A program made the translations under genes and the position numbers. From positions 1-64,000 of the forward strand of contig JBILLK010000017.1 in the NCBI GenBank assembly GCA_044376115.1: a DNA stretch of 64,000 nucleotides, read 5' to 3'. Within the stretch, counting starts at the first letter, position 1. Each line of letters starts with the position of its first letter. Below, in pieces: positions 49,601-59,754 of this stretch. Under the pieces are notes generated by a model. That model did not search any database. It was not told where the DNA came from and saw only the letters and a program-made list of their open reading frames with translations. This DNA is from Polyangiaceae bacterium. Its GTDB lineage: Bacteria; Myxococcota_A; Polyangia; Polyangiales; Polyangiaceae.

Positions 49601-51442
49601 TCAAGGAGCTTGGTCTCGAGTGTCTTCATCCAAGGTCGCGCCCAACTGAAACGCCAGCCCGACCGACGTCATCACCGCGAACCACATCGCGCCAAATAGG
49701 AAGACGGAATGGGCGGGAAACAGGCCGATCACAAGCGCTGACGCAAAACAAAGCGCCCCGGGGAGGAGCAGCCAACGTCGGGTTTGCAAGCCCATCGCCA
49801 CAAAACCAACAGCAAGCATGGCGGCTTGGTTGTGCGTATCCGCGAACGCATCCCCGTCCATTCCCCAAGCGATTGCACCATGCAATGAGCAGGCAAAGGC
49901 AACCGCCGCCCACAAGCCAAACACTCGAGGAGAGGCCAGACTGTTGGGGAGCGCGTGCCGGCGAAGCAGCAACCGCGCGAGCGCGCCAGGGACCAGCGTC
50001 ACGAGCAACCACGCAGCGGCGATGATGCTCATCGCGCGGTCTGCATCCGCACGAATGGCCCATGCACTGATGAACGCTGCGATGAGACCGAGCAGGCCTG
50101 AGACAATAAACACCGCGCCCAATGGCCGCCCAATGGTTTTGAAGTCTCGACGACGGCTCGCGTCCCGAAGGGCAACAAGCTCCGCCTCTCGCTGAACGGC
50201 AGCGGCTCGTAACTGCGCAACCACCTGCTGCGCTGCGGCCGTGTCAACGCACTCGGCGGCTAGGCGTTCGGCCAACGCGAGCTGGTCAAAGCGGACGGCG
50301 TGCTCAAATACGGTTGAAATCGCGCGCGCACGGAGTTCGTTGGCTTGAGGAGCGGCCGGCCAAAGTTCAGCGGCGCGCCCCGCTGCAAAGCTGAGTTCGG
50401 CGAGCAAGGTATGAATCGTCCGTTCATCGTCGGCAGTCGCAGCCCCCGCGGCTGCAGCCCGCTGCACGGCTTCGACCATGCGCACATGCGACTTCTCTCC
50501 GAGTTCGAGCAGCGCGCGCGCTTCACGGTGCGCAAGATAGTCCGCTAATGCGGCCCCAAACGCATTGGCCGAAGGGTACCGCAGCTCGGCCTTGACGCTG
50601 GTGGCTTGGTCGATAATCGCGCGCAACTCCTCTGGGACCCAATGCGGAAAGGGCTCACGTACGCCGGTGAGACAATGCTTCCGAATCGTGTCGAGGTCAG
50701 GCCCGCCATGCAGCGGGCGGTTGGTCGCGATCTCGTGCAGCATCGCGCCCAAGAGGAAGACATCGGTTCGCTCGTCTTGTTCGAGTGCGCCCTCAGCTAG
50801 CTCCGGTGCCATGTAAGCGGGCGTCCCAGCGGGTCCGGGGGCTTCATCAATGTGAAGGATGCCCGTCTCTGCAGCGAGCTTACGATCAGTTGTTACGCCA
50901 ATGCCCCAATCCATCACGTAGACCTGACCGTACGCACCGAGCATGACGTTTTCGGGCTTCAAGTCGCGATGGAGAATCTTTCGGTCGTGAGCAGCTTCCA
51001 CACAGCGAGTCACCTGAAGCAACGTTCGCACGTGCTCGTCCACGTTCGCGTCGGGCATCTCGCGCGCAGCCAGCACCTCTCGCCAACTCTTTCCGGCAAC
51101 GAGCTTCATCGCCAACATCGGGGGACCGTCCGTCTGCGGGACCCACGAATGCACAGGCACCACGTTCGCGTGGTCGAGCAGGCCCATGATGCGGGCCTCG
51201 GAGAAGAAGGCTGCCCGAGCAACGGCCCCGGTGAGCGTTAAGCGCTTGAGCGCGACGTCGCGGCAAAAGGCTGATTGGGTGGCGCGTAGCACTTGCGCCA
51301 TACCGCCGCGCCCGAGCTCCCCCATCAGGGCGAACCCTGTGTCATCAGCGCTTACGTGCTCACGCTGCTTGAGCGACTCGAGCAGCGCCCCCGTCTCCAT
51401 TGCCGCTCCAGTAGTGGCAAACATCAACGGCCTTACAGTCAT
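49601..51442 (-). CDS. Ser/Thr protein kinase with C-terminal multi-TM domain
   Basis: LGRGGM, VALK, HRDLKPENVM, DWG, GTPAYMAPE; start uncertain. Confidence 0.9.
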   Translation of the reverse strand: MTVRPLMFATTGAAMETGALLESLKQREHVSADDTGFALMGELGRGGMAQVLRATQSAFCRDVALKRLTLTGAVARAAFFSEARIMGLLDHANVVPVHSWVPQTDGPPMLAMKLVAGKSWREVLAAREMPDANVDEHVRTLLQVTRCVEAAHDRKILHRDLKPENVMLGAYGQVYVMDWGIGVTTDRKLAAETGILHIDEAPGPAGTPAYMAPELAEGALEQDERTDVFLLGAMLHEIATNRPLHGGPDLDTIRKHCLTGVREPFPHWVPEELRAIIDQATSVKAELRYPSANAFGAALADYLAHREARALLELGEKSHVRMVEAVQRAAAAGAATADDERTIHTLLAELSFAAGRAAELWPAAPQANELRARAISTVFEHAVRFDQLALAERLAAECVDTAAAQQVVAQLRAAAVQREAELVALRDASRRRDFKTIGRPLGAVFIVSGLLGLIAAFISAWAIRADADRAMSIIAAAWLLVTLVPGALARLLLRRHALPNSLASPRVFGLWAAVAFACSLHGAIAWGMDGDAFADTHNQAAMLAVGFVAMGLQTRRWLLLPGALCFASALVIGLFPAHSVFLFGAMWFAVMTSVGLAFQLGATLDEDTRDQAP

Positions 51443-51596
51443 CCGGCTCTCACCTTCGACCGTTCTTCTTCCCTCGCGTTTGCTGCTCAAGACGAGCAAT
51501 CCTAGTCCGGAATCCCATGGCTAGGGAACTGGCCCCCGTGCCGCGAACTCGAACGTTTCTTCAACTGCATAGAGCCGCCTCTGCTACATCGAGGCG

Positions 51597-52265
51597 ATGG
51601 CCAACCTCTACTTCCGACAACTACTTGCCGGACGTGATTTTGCAAAAAAGGATCGCGCAGCGACCCAGATGATGAATTTCGCTTATCTGATTGGCGACAG
51701 AGATAAGGGTGAATGCTTCATCGTCGATCCTGCTTGGGACGTGGATGGTCTCGTGACGATCGCCGAGTCCGATGGTCTCAAGGTTTCCGGTGCACTCATA
51801 ACGCACTATCACCCTGACCACTGCGGTGGCTCGATGTTCGGCTTCTCGGTCCAAGGAGCTGCGCGCCTCCTCGAGCTTTGCTCGGCCAAGTTGCACGTAC
51901 ATAAGGCAGAAGCCGAGGGGGTGATGATCGTCACTGAAGTATCGAAGTCCGACCTCGTTCTCCATGAAGGCAATGACGTCGTCCACATCGGCGACATCGA
52001 GGTAGAACTACTGCACACTCCAGGGCACACCCCCGGCTCCCAATGCTTCAGATTGAAGGATGCCCTCATCTCGGGAGACACGCTCTTCCTACAAGGCTGT
52101 GGGCGAGTCGATTTACCGGGAGGTGACAGGGAGGAGATGCGTCGGACGCTGACTCAACGGCTGGCAACGCTCCCGGATGAGCTCGTCCTTTATCCGGGAC
52201 ACGCCTATGGCGGTGAGCACGCTCCGTTAAAGGACGTTCGTGCGACGAATCCCTCCCTTAGGTGA
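51597..52265 (+). CDS. MBL-fold metallo-hydrolase (glyoxalase II-like)
   Basis: THYHPDH, HTPGHTPG, GDTLF..GCGR.D, PGH. Confidence 0.9.
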   Translation: MANLYFRQLLAGRDFAKKDRAATQMMNFAYLIGDRDKGECFIVDPAWDVDGLVTIAESDGLKVSGALITHYHPDHCGGSMFGFSVQGAARLLELCSAKLHVHKAEAEGVMIVTEVSKSDLVLHEGNDVVHIGDIEVELLHTPGHTPGSQCFRLKDALISGDTLFLQGCGRVDLPGGDREEMRRTLTQRLATLPDELVLYPGHAYGGEHAPLKDVRATNPSLR

Positions 52266-52293
52266 GAACGTGCAATAGACTATAGGGCGCTAG

Positions 52294-52893
52294 CTACAGC
52301 CCAAATTCGCCTCCACAGTCAGCCCCCCGAGCCTCCACAGCCTTGTCGAGGCAGTCGCCAACGAGATCGCACGACTCCGAGAAGCAAGCGCTTAGCTCGG
52401 AGTAAAGGCTGGGCTCAAACAAGGGCCACGGGACGTCGCCCTGTGTACACCAGTCATTCGACAGCTCCGGGCATTCATCCAGCTTGGCGTTGCACCCAGA
52501 GAGGTACTCTTCCTGCTCCGGAATCGTGCCTAAGTCTGCCCCTACCTCTGTGTAACAGAGGTCGTCGTTCTTGTCGCACGGTCGGCTGCCCAGGCATGCC
52601 ATGAGCGGTTCTCGCGCCTCTTCACGGAACACCGAATCAAAGCAGGCCTTCGCGCCGACACATTCGCCAAGTGTCGGTGACGGCGGGTTGTCTGGGTTGC
52701 ACATCTCATCCCGAGCGGTGCTGGCCTCACAATAGTCATCCCAAGCAGTGACAGTACTTCCTCCGGAACCTCCGGAACCTCCGCTTCCCCCTTCGCCGCT
52801 ACCACCGCCCCCGGAGGCACTTGAATCATCCCCACACCCCACGAACAAACCCAACGCCACGGTCAATGCGAACGCTGAACCAACACTTTTCAT
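52294..52893 (-). CDS. Cys-rich lipoprotein
   Basis: LFVGC lipobox, Gly/Ser linker, 14 further Cys; aaggag RBS. Confidence 0.8.
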   Translation of the reverse strand: MKSVGSAFALTVALGLFVGCGDDSSASGGGGSGEGGSGGSGGSGGSTVTAWDDYCEASTARDEMCNPDNPPSPTLGECVGAKACFDSVFREEAREPLMACLGSRPCDKNDDLCYTEVGADLGTIPEQEEYLSGCNAKLDECPELSNDWCTQGDVPWPLFEPSLYSELSACFSESCDLVGDCLDKAVEARGADCGGEFGL

Positions 52894-53148
52894 AGCTGTA
52901 CTCCTTGCTGCCTAGTCATCAGCAAGAAGCAACCTAATGCACTAACTAGCAAGCCCAATCGGGGAGCACATATTCGCCATAATTAGCTTATTAAAAAGCA
53001 CCTTTGCGCCTTGCGGATTCGTGAAGGATTTACGAAATGGCCCTTTCTTCGCTCCGTTTGCAATTCGCTTTGGCCCAACAGCTACCTGCTCGAGCTCGTG
53101 AATGATCCCCGAGCGACAGCGAATGTCATCCGGTGCTACCTTCCTCAG

Positions 53149-54225
53149 ATGAGCTTGCTGCGTGTACTGACACCACTAACCGCGTCCGTGGACCGCGTCT
53201 TCGCCCGTGCTGTGACAGGGCGAAGTGAAGCTGCTCGCCGCCGCTCCCGCGCAGAATCCCTGGGCCACGAGGAGCGGCTCGTTGCGCTCAGCCGTATCGC
53301 AGAAGGCTACACCGAGGCCGCGTTCGACCCAGAGAATGGTTTTTTCTCAACAGCTCCTGGCGAGCGCGTAAAGCTCGAGTCGAAGGGGCACCGCCGAGAT
53401 GGCGAAGTGAAGACGGCGATTTACGATCTGTCCTGGCCTTCCGACAATCCGCTGTACTCAACGGACAACGTGTTGCGCGAACGCTACGAACGAGTGCGCG
53501 AGAATCAGACCGGCTGGGCCCGCGCCTTTATCGGAGATGACCGTTGGGAGAACCCCACGGCTGTCATTGTACATGGGTATCGCGCCGGCCAGTTCGCGGT
53601 GGAGGAGCGCGTCTGGCCACTCAAGTGGCTGCTCGAGCACGGGATGAACGCGGTGCTGTTGGTATTGCCATTTCATGCTCTACGCTCCGGTGGTCGACCG
53701 CCCGCATTTCCCGGATCGGATCCGAGATTCACCAATGAGGGCTTTCGACAGGCTGTGTTCGACGCGCGAACGTTGATTGCTTACCTCGAGCGTCGAGGGG
53801 CTCGCGCCGTTGGAGCGATGGGCATGAGCCTCGGCGGCTACACCGTGAGCCTACTCGGCACCCTGCTCCCCTCGCTGGCGTTCTTGGCACCCATCATTCC
53901 GCTCGCGTCATTTGCCGATGTCGCGATGGCTGCAGGTCGATTGGTAGGCTCTCCGGAGCAACAGGCGTTGCAGCAGCAAGCCTTAGAGAACGCCCACCGC
54001 ATCGCTAGCCCGTTCTCTCGCCCACCGCGCGTACCCGCCGATTCGACCGTCGTCATCGCCGGCGAAGGAGACCGCATTACTCCGCTATCCCACGCGGAGA
54101 AACTGCGCGACCACTTCAACGCTCGCTACGTGACTTTCGCCGGAGGCCACATCTTGCAACTCGGGCGGGCCGATGGATTTCGCGCGGTAGGCAACGTGCT
54201 CCGGGAGAAGGGGCTGTTCCGATAG
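53149..54225 (+). CDS. Alpha/beta hydrolase
   Basis: VHGY, GMSLGGY nucleophile elbow, GDRIT, GGH. Confidence 0.85.
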   Translation: MSLLRVLTPLTASVDRVFARAVTGRSEAARRRSRAESLGHEERLVALSRIAEGYTEAAFDPENGFFSTAPGERVKLESKGHRRDGEVKTAIYDLSWPSDNPLYSTDNVLRERYERVRENQTGWARAFIGDDRWENPTAVIVHGYRAGQFAVEERVWPLKWLLEHGMNAVLLVLPFHALRSGGRPPAFPGSDPRFTNEGFRQAVFDARTLIAYLERRGARAVGAMGMSLGGYTVSLLGTLLPSLAFLAPIIPLASFADVAMAAGRLVGSPEQQALQQQALENAHRIASPFSRPPRVPADSTVVIAGEGDRITPLSHAEKLRDHFNARYVTFAGGHILQLGRADGFRAVGNVLREKGLFR

Positions 54226-54329
54226 ACCGCCGGGCCCCCTGTTAACACGCGAGAAACGAAGTTGTTCCCGAGACGTCGGATCGACCCTGCGCGCTTGCCT
54301 CGATAAATACTTTGGGGCACAAAGCGCCT

Positions 54330-55493
54330 ATGCAGCTGAAGCCGCGTGCAATTGTTTGGGCCCTTAGTGCATTGACTCTCGCCGCCGCAGCCTGCCGACC
54401 AGCGCCAGGTACACAAGATGCCTCCAAGAGCACGGACGGGCCCCGCAACGAGGAGGTCGTCAGCGCGGCTGGTTCGGCGGAACCTCCCGCGATCCCACCG
54501 CTGTCGACCAACGCCCTGATCGAAGATGAGCGCAACTCCATCGGAGTCTTCCGCAACGTTGCCCCCAGCGTGGTGTTTGTTACCCAGAAGCGTCTCGTGA
54601 CGAACTACTGGAGTGGCTCTGCGGTAGAGGTCCCAGCCGGCTCTGGCTCAGGCTTCCTGTGGGACGCTGAGGGTCACATCGTGACGAACTTCCATGTGGT
54701 GGACGGAGCACAGTCGTTGGTCGTTCGGCTCCACGACCAAAAGACCTACCCCGCCACGGTCGTCGGCGTTGAACCGCGCAAGGACATCGCCGTTCTCAAG
54801 ATCGAAGCGCCTCAAGGGACGCTGACACCCATTCAGGTTGCGCCGCTGAAGGTGCCTCTCGAGGTTGGACAGAAGGCTGTGGCGATCGGTAACCCGTTCG
54901 GCCTCGACCATACGTTGACGACAGGTGTCATCAGCGCCCTTGGCCGTCAGGTCGACGGTGCCGGCGGCGTGACGATCCGCGACATGATCCAAACCGATGC
55001 CGCGATCAATCCCGGCAACTCTGGTGGGCCTTTGCTGGACTCAAGCGGTCGACTGATCGGGATGAACACGATGATTTACTCAAGGAGCGGTCAGTCAGCG
55101 GGGATCGGCTTTGCGGTACCTTTCACCACGGTCGCGCGCGTTGTTCCGCAGATCATCCGGACGGGCCGAGCTGAACAAGTGGGCTTGGGAATCAGCATCG
55201 ACCCGGCGAGCCGCATCGAAAGGCGCCTGCGAATGAAGGGCGTCGTCATCCTCGGGGTTGAGACCAACGGGCCCGCCGCGCGCGCCGGCCTGAAACCGAT
55301 TGAACAGCGTGGCAATGAAATTGCCATCGGCGACGTCATCGTGGGCGTCGCAGGCCAGGAGGTTGGTGACTACGACGGCCTCTACAACGCCCTGGATGGC
55401 CGGAAGCCCGGCGAGAAGGTGAAAGTCGTGGTCCAACGCGGGAAAGAGCGTATCGAGCTCGAGATCGAGCTTGTGCTACTCGACCAGGGATAG
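54330..55493 (+). CDS. HtrA/DegP-like trypsin serine protease with PDZ domain (lipoprotein)
   Basis: AAAC lipobox, GSGF, TNFHVV, DIAVL, QTDAAINPGNSGG, PDZ. Confidence 0.93.
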   Translation: MQLKPRAIVWALSALTLAAAACRPAPGTQDASKSTDGPRNEEVVSAAGSAEPPAIPPLSTNALIEDERNSIGVFRNVAPSVVFVTQKRLVTNYWSGSAVEVPAGSGSGFLWDAEGHIVTNFHVVDGAQSLVVRLHDQKTYPATVVGVEPRKDIAVLKIEAPQGTLTPIQVAPLKVPLEVGQKAVAIGNPFGLDHTLTTGVISALGRQVDGAGGVTIRDMIQTDAAINPGNSGGPLLDSSGRLIGMNTMIYSRSGQSAGIGFAVPFTTVARVVPQIIRTGRAEQVGLGISIDPASRIERRLRMKGVVILGVETNGPAARAGLKPIEQRGNEIAIGDVIVGVAGQEVGDYDGLYNALDGRKPGEKVKVVVQRGKERIELEIELVLLDQG

Positions 55494-55519
55494 CGAGAAT
55501 TAGGCAGTGAAGCCTCGCG

Positions 55520-56170
55520 CTAGCCGCCAAACGCCATGCGCCGCCAGGCTCGCTCTTCCTGCCAAATCAGCTCGAGTTTCCGCTTGGTGCTGAGTCGCAA
55601 CTCGGACTCCGGCGGGTCTCCTTCTTCGAGAACGTCGGCGATGGGAAGCCCGATCGATAGCAGCCACTCCAGCGTGTCCAAACCGCCGGCCCCTTTGCGT
55701 GCGATGTCTGCGAGCAACAGGGACAACATTCGGTAGTGCGACTCGTAGGGAAGACCAAGATCCCGAGTCGGGGCGGTGTCGTCGAGCCACGTTCGCAACG
55801 TGTCCTCCAGCGCGAAGCACGCCCCAACCGGGTCATCGACGAACCACGGGAAGACGTCGCAAACAGCTGACAACGCCCCCGCTTCAGACAGGACCTCAGC
55901 ACCTTCCCCCTCGAAGTAGCGAGACCGAAACGTAGGCGGCAAGACGGCAAGACGTGCACGCGCAGCCACGGTCCCTCGTTCCCATACCGGTGAAAGCAAT
56001 AGGCCTTGTTCAGCAAGGCCGCTGACCTCGGCGGCCATCTCGCGATTCCGCTCCACGATCATTTGGGCGTCGCTGAGCAGCTTCCCTGGGTCGACGGCAC
56101 ATGGGCCCGTAAGGCCGAGCAACCCTCTTGCCTCCGACACGGAGAGTTTGGCCCGCGCGTCCTTGATCAT
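55520..56170 (-). CDS. Hypothetical protein
   Basis: ORF ATGA-coupled to the LOG gene. Confidence 0.6.
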   Translation of the reverse strand: MIKDARAKLSVSEARGLLGLTGPCAVDPGKLLSDAQMIVERNREMAAEVSGLAEQGLLLSPVWERGTVAARARLAVLPPTFRSRYFEGEGAEVLSEAGALSAVCDVFPWFVDDPVGACFALEDTLRTWLDDTAPTRDLGLPYESHYRMLSLLLADIARKGAGGLDTLEWLLSIGLPIADVLEEGDPPESELRLSTKRKLELIWQEERAWRRMAFGG

Positions 56171-56757
56171 CGGCCGGACGGGTCCAGGCGCACTGCCCAT
56201 TTGCCATCAACCGGAGGCTTCCAACGTTGAAGCGAGTCGAGCATTGCCAGTTCCTCGGAGGCGATCAACAGCGAATCCAAGTGCTCTTGGGCGAGAAACT
56301 TTGAGGCCACGGCGTGGCGGAGGAACGCCAGTAGCTGATCGTAATAGCCACTTACATTGAGGAGCCCCAGCGGCTTGTCGTGGAACTTGAGCTGTTGCCA
56401 GGTAAAGGTCTCAAATAGCTCTTCGAGCGTCCCGATGCCCCCAGGCAATGCGATGAATGCATCGCTCGCATCAGCCATTAGCTTCTTACGCTCGTGCATC
56501 GAATCAACCACGAAAAGCTCAGTACAGGAGCGCAGACCCAGCTCCCGATCCATCAGCGCTTTTGGAATCACACCGATCACCTCGCCGCCCAACGCGAGCA
56601 CGGTGCGCGCCACAACACCCATCAAACCGATGTTGCCACCGCCGTAAACAAGGCCGAACCCGCGCTCAACCATGAGTGTTGCAAGACGTTCGGCCGAGCT
56701 TTGAAACTCCTGCAGGTTGCCGGTCCCGGAGCCGCAATAAACACAGATGCGCTTCAT
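56167..56757 (-). CDS. LOG family nucleotide phosphoribohydrolase (TIGR00730-type)
   Basis: CVYCGS, YGGG..GLMG, MHERK, PGGIGTLEE. Confidence 0.93.
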   Translation of the reverse strand: MKRICVYCGSGTGNLQEFQSSAERLATLMVERGFGLVYGGGNIGLMGVVARTVLALGGEVIGVIPKALMDRELGLRSCTELFVVDSMHERKKLMADASDAFIALPGGIGTLEELFETFTWQQLKFHDKPLGLLNVSGYYDQLLAFLRHAVASKFLAQEHLDSLLIASEELAMLDSLQRWKPPVDGKWAVRLDPSGR

Positions 56758-56886
56758 AGATGGTCTCATCCCAGTCGTTGGTACGGTGGTTCTAGGTGAC
56801 GCTACGCGCGAATCAGCGATGAGGGAACCTCAGGCACGAGCGTCGAAGCGATTGCTCGACTTGCCTGCGTCTGGTCTCATACGAGG

Positions 56887-57744
56887 ATGCGCAAAGCCCA
56901 GTGGGTCATGCTCTCGCCGCTTGCGGTGGCTCTCCACTGCACGCCAAGCTCTACCGACGGACTGACGGGCACCACGAGTGCGAACGGCGGGGGCGGGTTT
57001 GGAGGTGAGGCAACAAACGGGGCGGCTCCGCCTACAGGCGCTGGCGGCGAGCCCGCGACGTCGGGCCAGTTCATGGACACCGTAAGCTCGGGCTCTGGAG
57101 GGTGCGCCCCGGTGCTATCAGGCATCGTTCGCGACTTCCGAGCCTGGAACAACGGGGCTGGGCACCCCGACTTCGAGAACTATATCGGAGATGGCTTGAA
57201 GGGCCTGGTCTCCCCGGTACTCGGCGCCGACCATAAGCCCATCTACGCGAACGCCGGCGCGACGCCTCACACAACAGGTCCCAATGAGTTCAATCAGTGG
57301 TACCGGGACGTACCCTCGGTAAACCAATCGTTTCCGTTCGCTATCGAAGGCACGATCGACGGAAACGGCGTGTTTACTTATGACAACAGCGCGTTCTTTC
57401 CTATCGACACGCTTGGCTTCGGCAATGAAGGCCAACCCCACAACTTTGGCTTCACATTCGAACTCCATATGGAGTTTTTTTACGGCGGAGGGGAAGAGTT
57501 CACCTTCTCTGGGGATGACGACCTGTGGGTTTTCATCAACGACAGGCTCGCGATCGATCTTGGCGGACTGCATCCCGAGCAAACGGACACGCTCGATGTC
57601 GACGCGCGCGCCGCAGAACTGGGCTTGGTCGTCGGTCAGACCTACCCGCTCGATCTATTTCACGCCGAGCGCCACACCGATGCCTCCAACTTTAGAATCC
57701 AATCGAGTTTGAACTTCTCCAACTGCGACCCGATTGTCTATTAG
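56887..57744 (+). CDS. Fibro-slime/PA14 domain protein (probable lipoprotein)
   Basis: RDF...HPDFE, FNQWYRD, FFPID, HNFGFT.E, FSGDDDLWVFIN..LAIDLGGLH, FHAERH. Confidence 0.9.
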   Translation: MRKAQWVMLSPLAVALHCTPSSTDGLTGTTSANGGGGFGGEATNGAAPPTGAGGEPATSGQFMDTVSSGSGGCAPVLSGIVRDFRAWNNGAGHPDFENYIGDGLKGLVSPVLGADHKPIYANAGATPHTTGPNEFNQWYRDVPSVNQSFPFAIEGTIDGNGVFTYDNSAFFPIDTLGFGNEGQPHNFGFTFELHMEFFYGGGEEFTFSGDDDLWVFINDRLAIDLGGLHPEQTDTLDVDARAAELGLVVGQTYPLDLFHAERHTDASNFRIQSSLNFSNCDPIVY

Positions 57745-57753
57745 ACCCGAGGC

Positions 57754-59754
57754 TCAGCCCCAGGCTCGAGTGCAGGCATCGCGCGCCGGGTCGCAAAACT
57801 CCTTTTGGATTTTGTCGCAGAGCTCCGAGATAGCCGCTAGTTCAGGCGCCCGCTCCGCGAGGATGCGAGCGAGTACCGGCGCAACGAGCTTGGTTGCCTG
57901 ACGCACGCGCTCAGCCTGCGCGAAGTTTGGCTCCGTTGATTGTCGAAGTTTCTCGCGCGCCGGTTCGATGAATACGGTGCCGACCTGTCCTATCGATTTG
58001 TTGAGGGCACCAAGGACCTCACGAACGTGGTCGTCGACAGCCAACTTACGCTGCTCCGAAAGGCGCTTCTCTGCCGCCTCGAGTCCCTCGGCTCGAGCAA
58101 TGCGGGCGCCCTCGACGCGGGCCTCGACATGCTGACGCTCTACGTCGATCTGCTTTTGTCGGGCGATCGCTCGTGCGCCGTCTTCAGCGTGCCGTCGTTC
58201 AGTCTCCTTGAGACGTAGCCCTTCTTGCTCGAAGAGCGACCTTTGCTTTTCGAGCGCCAACACGAGCTCCTCCGTCTCACTGGGTGGGACTGGCCGCGTT
58301 GGTCGTCGTGTCCCAAGCTTCTCCGCCAAGGCAGTCAAATTGCGCTCAATCTCGGTGCGTCGCGAACGTGCGTCGAGCAGGCTTCGTTCGGCGATCGAAC
58401 GCTCTGTCCCCGCGGTCTCCGCTCGAACCGCGGTTGCGCTCAGCTCGGCGCGCCGCTGGCCGAGAGCCGTCTCCACCCCCTCGAGTTCGACGGTCAAGGC
58501 AGCAACGTGGTCACGTGAGTCTGCGAGCTTGCTGCGCCACTCTTCCTTGCCAAAGAGCAGTGGCTCCTTCTTCTCGAGTTCCGCCAGCGCAGCTTGAGCC
58601 GCCGCAACCAGCGTTCTCTTCTCTGCAGCCACCGATTCCCGCTGTTCCAGATCCGCCCGCGCACGCGTGACGGCCTCCGCCAGGGCTCCGCTCGCAGTGA
58701 CCCTACCCGAAAGCTCCTTCTCGAGCTCGTTGATGCGCAGCTGTTGCTGGTTGAGCTGCTCGTGCGTTCGCGCCCAATCGTGAAGCGTGACGGCCAACTC
58801 GAGATCGGCCGCGTTCTCGGTGCGACGAGATTCAAGCACCTCGAGCGCGCCTCGAAGTTTCGCTAATTCTTCGGTCAGTACGCTCTTGGTGCGAGCAACC
58901 GACGCCGCTTCCTCGGCTAGCGTCGCAAGGGTTTTCTCAGCCTTCTCCACCTCTTCAGAACCGACCGGAGTGACCTGCAAGAGCTCGAGCGGAAGGTCAA
59001 GAACCAGCGGCAGCTCAGCCGGAAAGCTCTGCGGCAGCGAGCCGTCGACCAAACCCCACAACTGCGCAATAGCCCCCTGAAGAAAGGGGAGGCAGGTTTG
59101 GTAGACCTGCTGCATGCGCGCGCGCAGTTTCTTGAAGTCCTCTGCAGCCGACTTGGGATCATCGAAGGCTGGGATTGGTACTGCCGCCAAGGCATCGACC
59201 GTTTGCTTTGCTCGGCTCAAAACTGTTTCTGCGAGAGCGTCAAAGCGCACCGTGCCGTTGCTGCGCGCGGCAGCAGCCCTCGCTGACTCCGCATCTGCCA
59301 AAGCGTCCGCCGTGGCGAGGGCGCGTGACTCAAGCTCGGCCAACCCTTGAAGGGCTGTTGCGTTCTCCACGGTGGCCTGCCGAGCCAACGCGACCAAGGT
59401 TGAAACGCGTACGAGGTTCTCATCGCGTTCGCCCTGAAATGAGAACCTCCCCACGACCTGATACACGTCGTTGAGGCCGCTCAAGTCTTGCCCGTCTTCG
59501 GGTTGCCACAAGAGCTCCAGCTCGGCTGGTAGCGTGCGAGGCGCGTCTACGAGGGTCTTGAGCGCCTCGTGGGATACCGGCCCCAGATCCGCAGCGAACG
59601 GTCCGAGCTCATCGCGTAGCGCCCCCTCAATCGCCACGACACTCTGCCAAACGCGAGCGAGCTGCGAACGAATAGCGAGGTAAAAGCGTACGTAGCTTGC
59701 AAGCGGCGTTGGGCCAAAGGCCTGAACCACCGTGGTAAGTGAGCGGTCCATCAC
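57754..59754 (-). CDS. Long coiled-coil protein
   Basis: Several hundred residues of A/E/L/R heptads; start overlaps the stop of the dynamin-like gene. Confidence 0.75.
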   Translation of the reverse strand: MMDRSLTTVVQAFGPTPLASYVRFYLAIRSQLARVWQSVVAIEGALRDELGPFAADLGPVSHEALKTLVDAPRTLPAELELLWQPEDGQDLSGLNDVYQVVGRFSFQGERDENLVRVSTLVALARQATVENATALQGLAELESRALATADALADAESARAAAARSNGTVRFDALAETVLSRAKQTVDALAAVPIPAFDDPKSAAEDFKKLRARMQQVYQTCLPFLQGAIAQLWGLVDGSLPQSFPAELPLVLDLPLELLQVTPVGSEEVEKAEKTLATLAEEAASVARTKSVLTEELAKLRGALEVLESRRTENAADLELAVTLHDWARTHEQLNQQQLRINELEKELSGRVTASGALAEAVTRARADLEQRESVAAEKRTLVAAAQAALAELEKKEPLLFGKEEWRSKLADSRDHVAALTVELEGVETALGQRRAELSATAVRAETAGTERSIAERSLLDARSRRTEIERNLTALAEKLGTRRPTRPVPPSETEELVLALEKQRSLFEQEGLRLKETERRHAEDGARAIARQKQIDVERQHVEARVEGARIARAEGLEAAEKRLSEQRKLAVDDHVREVLGALNKSIGQVGTVFIEPAREKLRQSTEPNFAQAERVRQATKLVAPVLARILAERAPELAAISELCDKIQKEFCDPARDACTRAWG

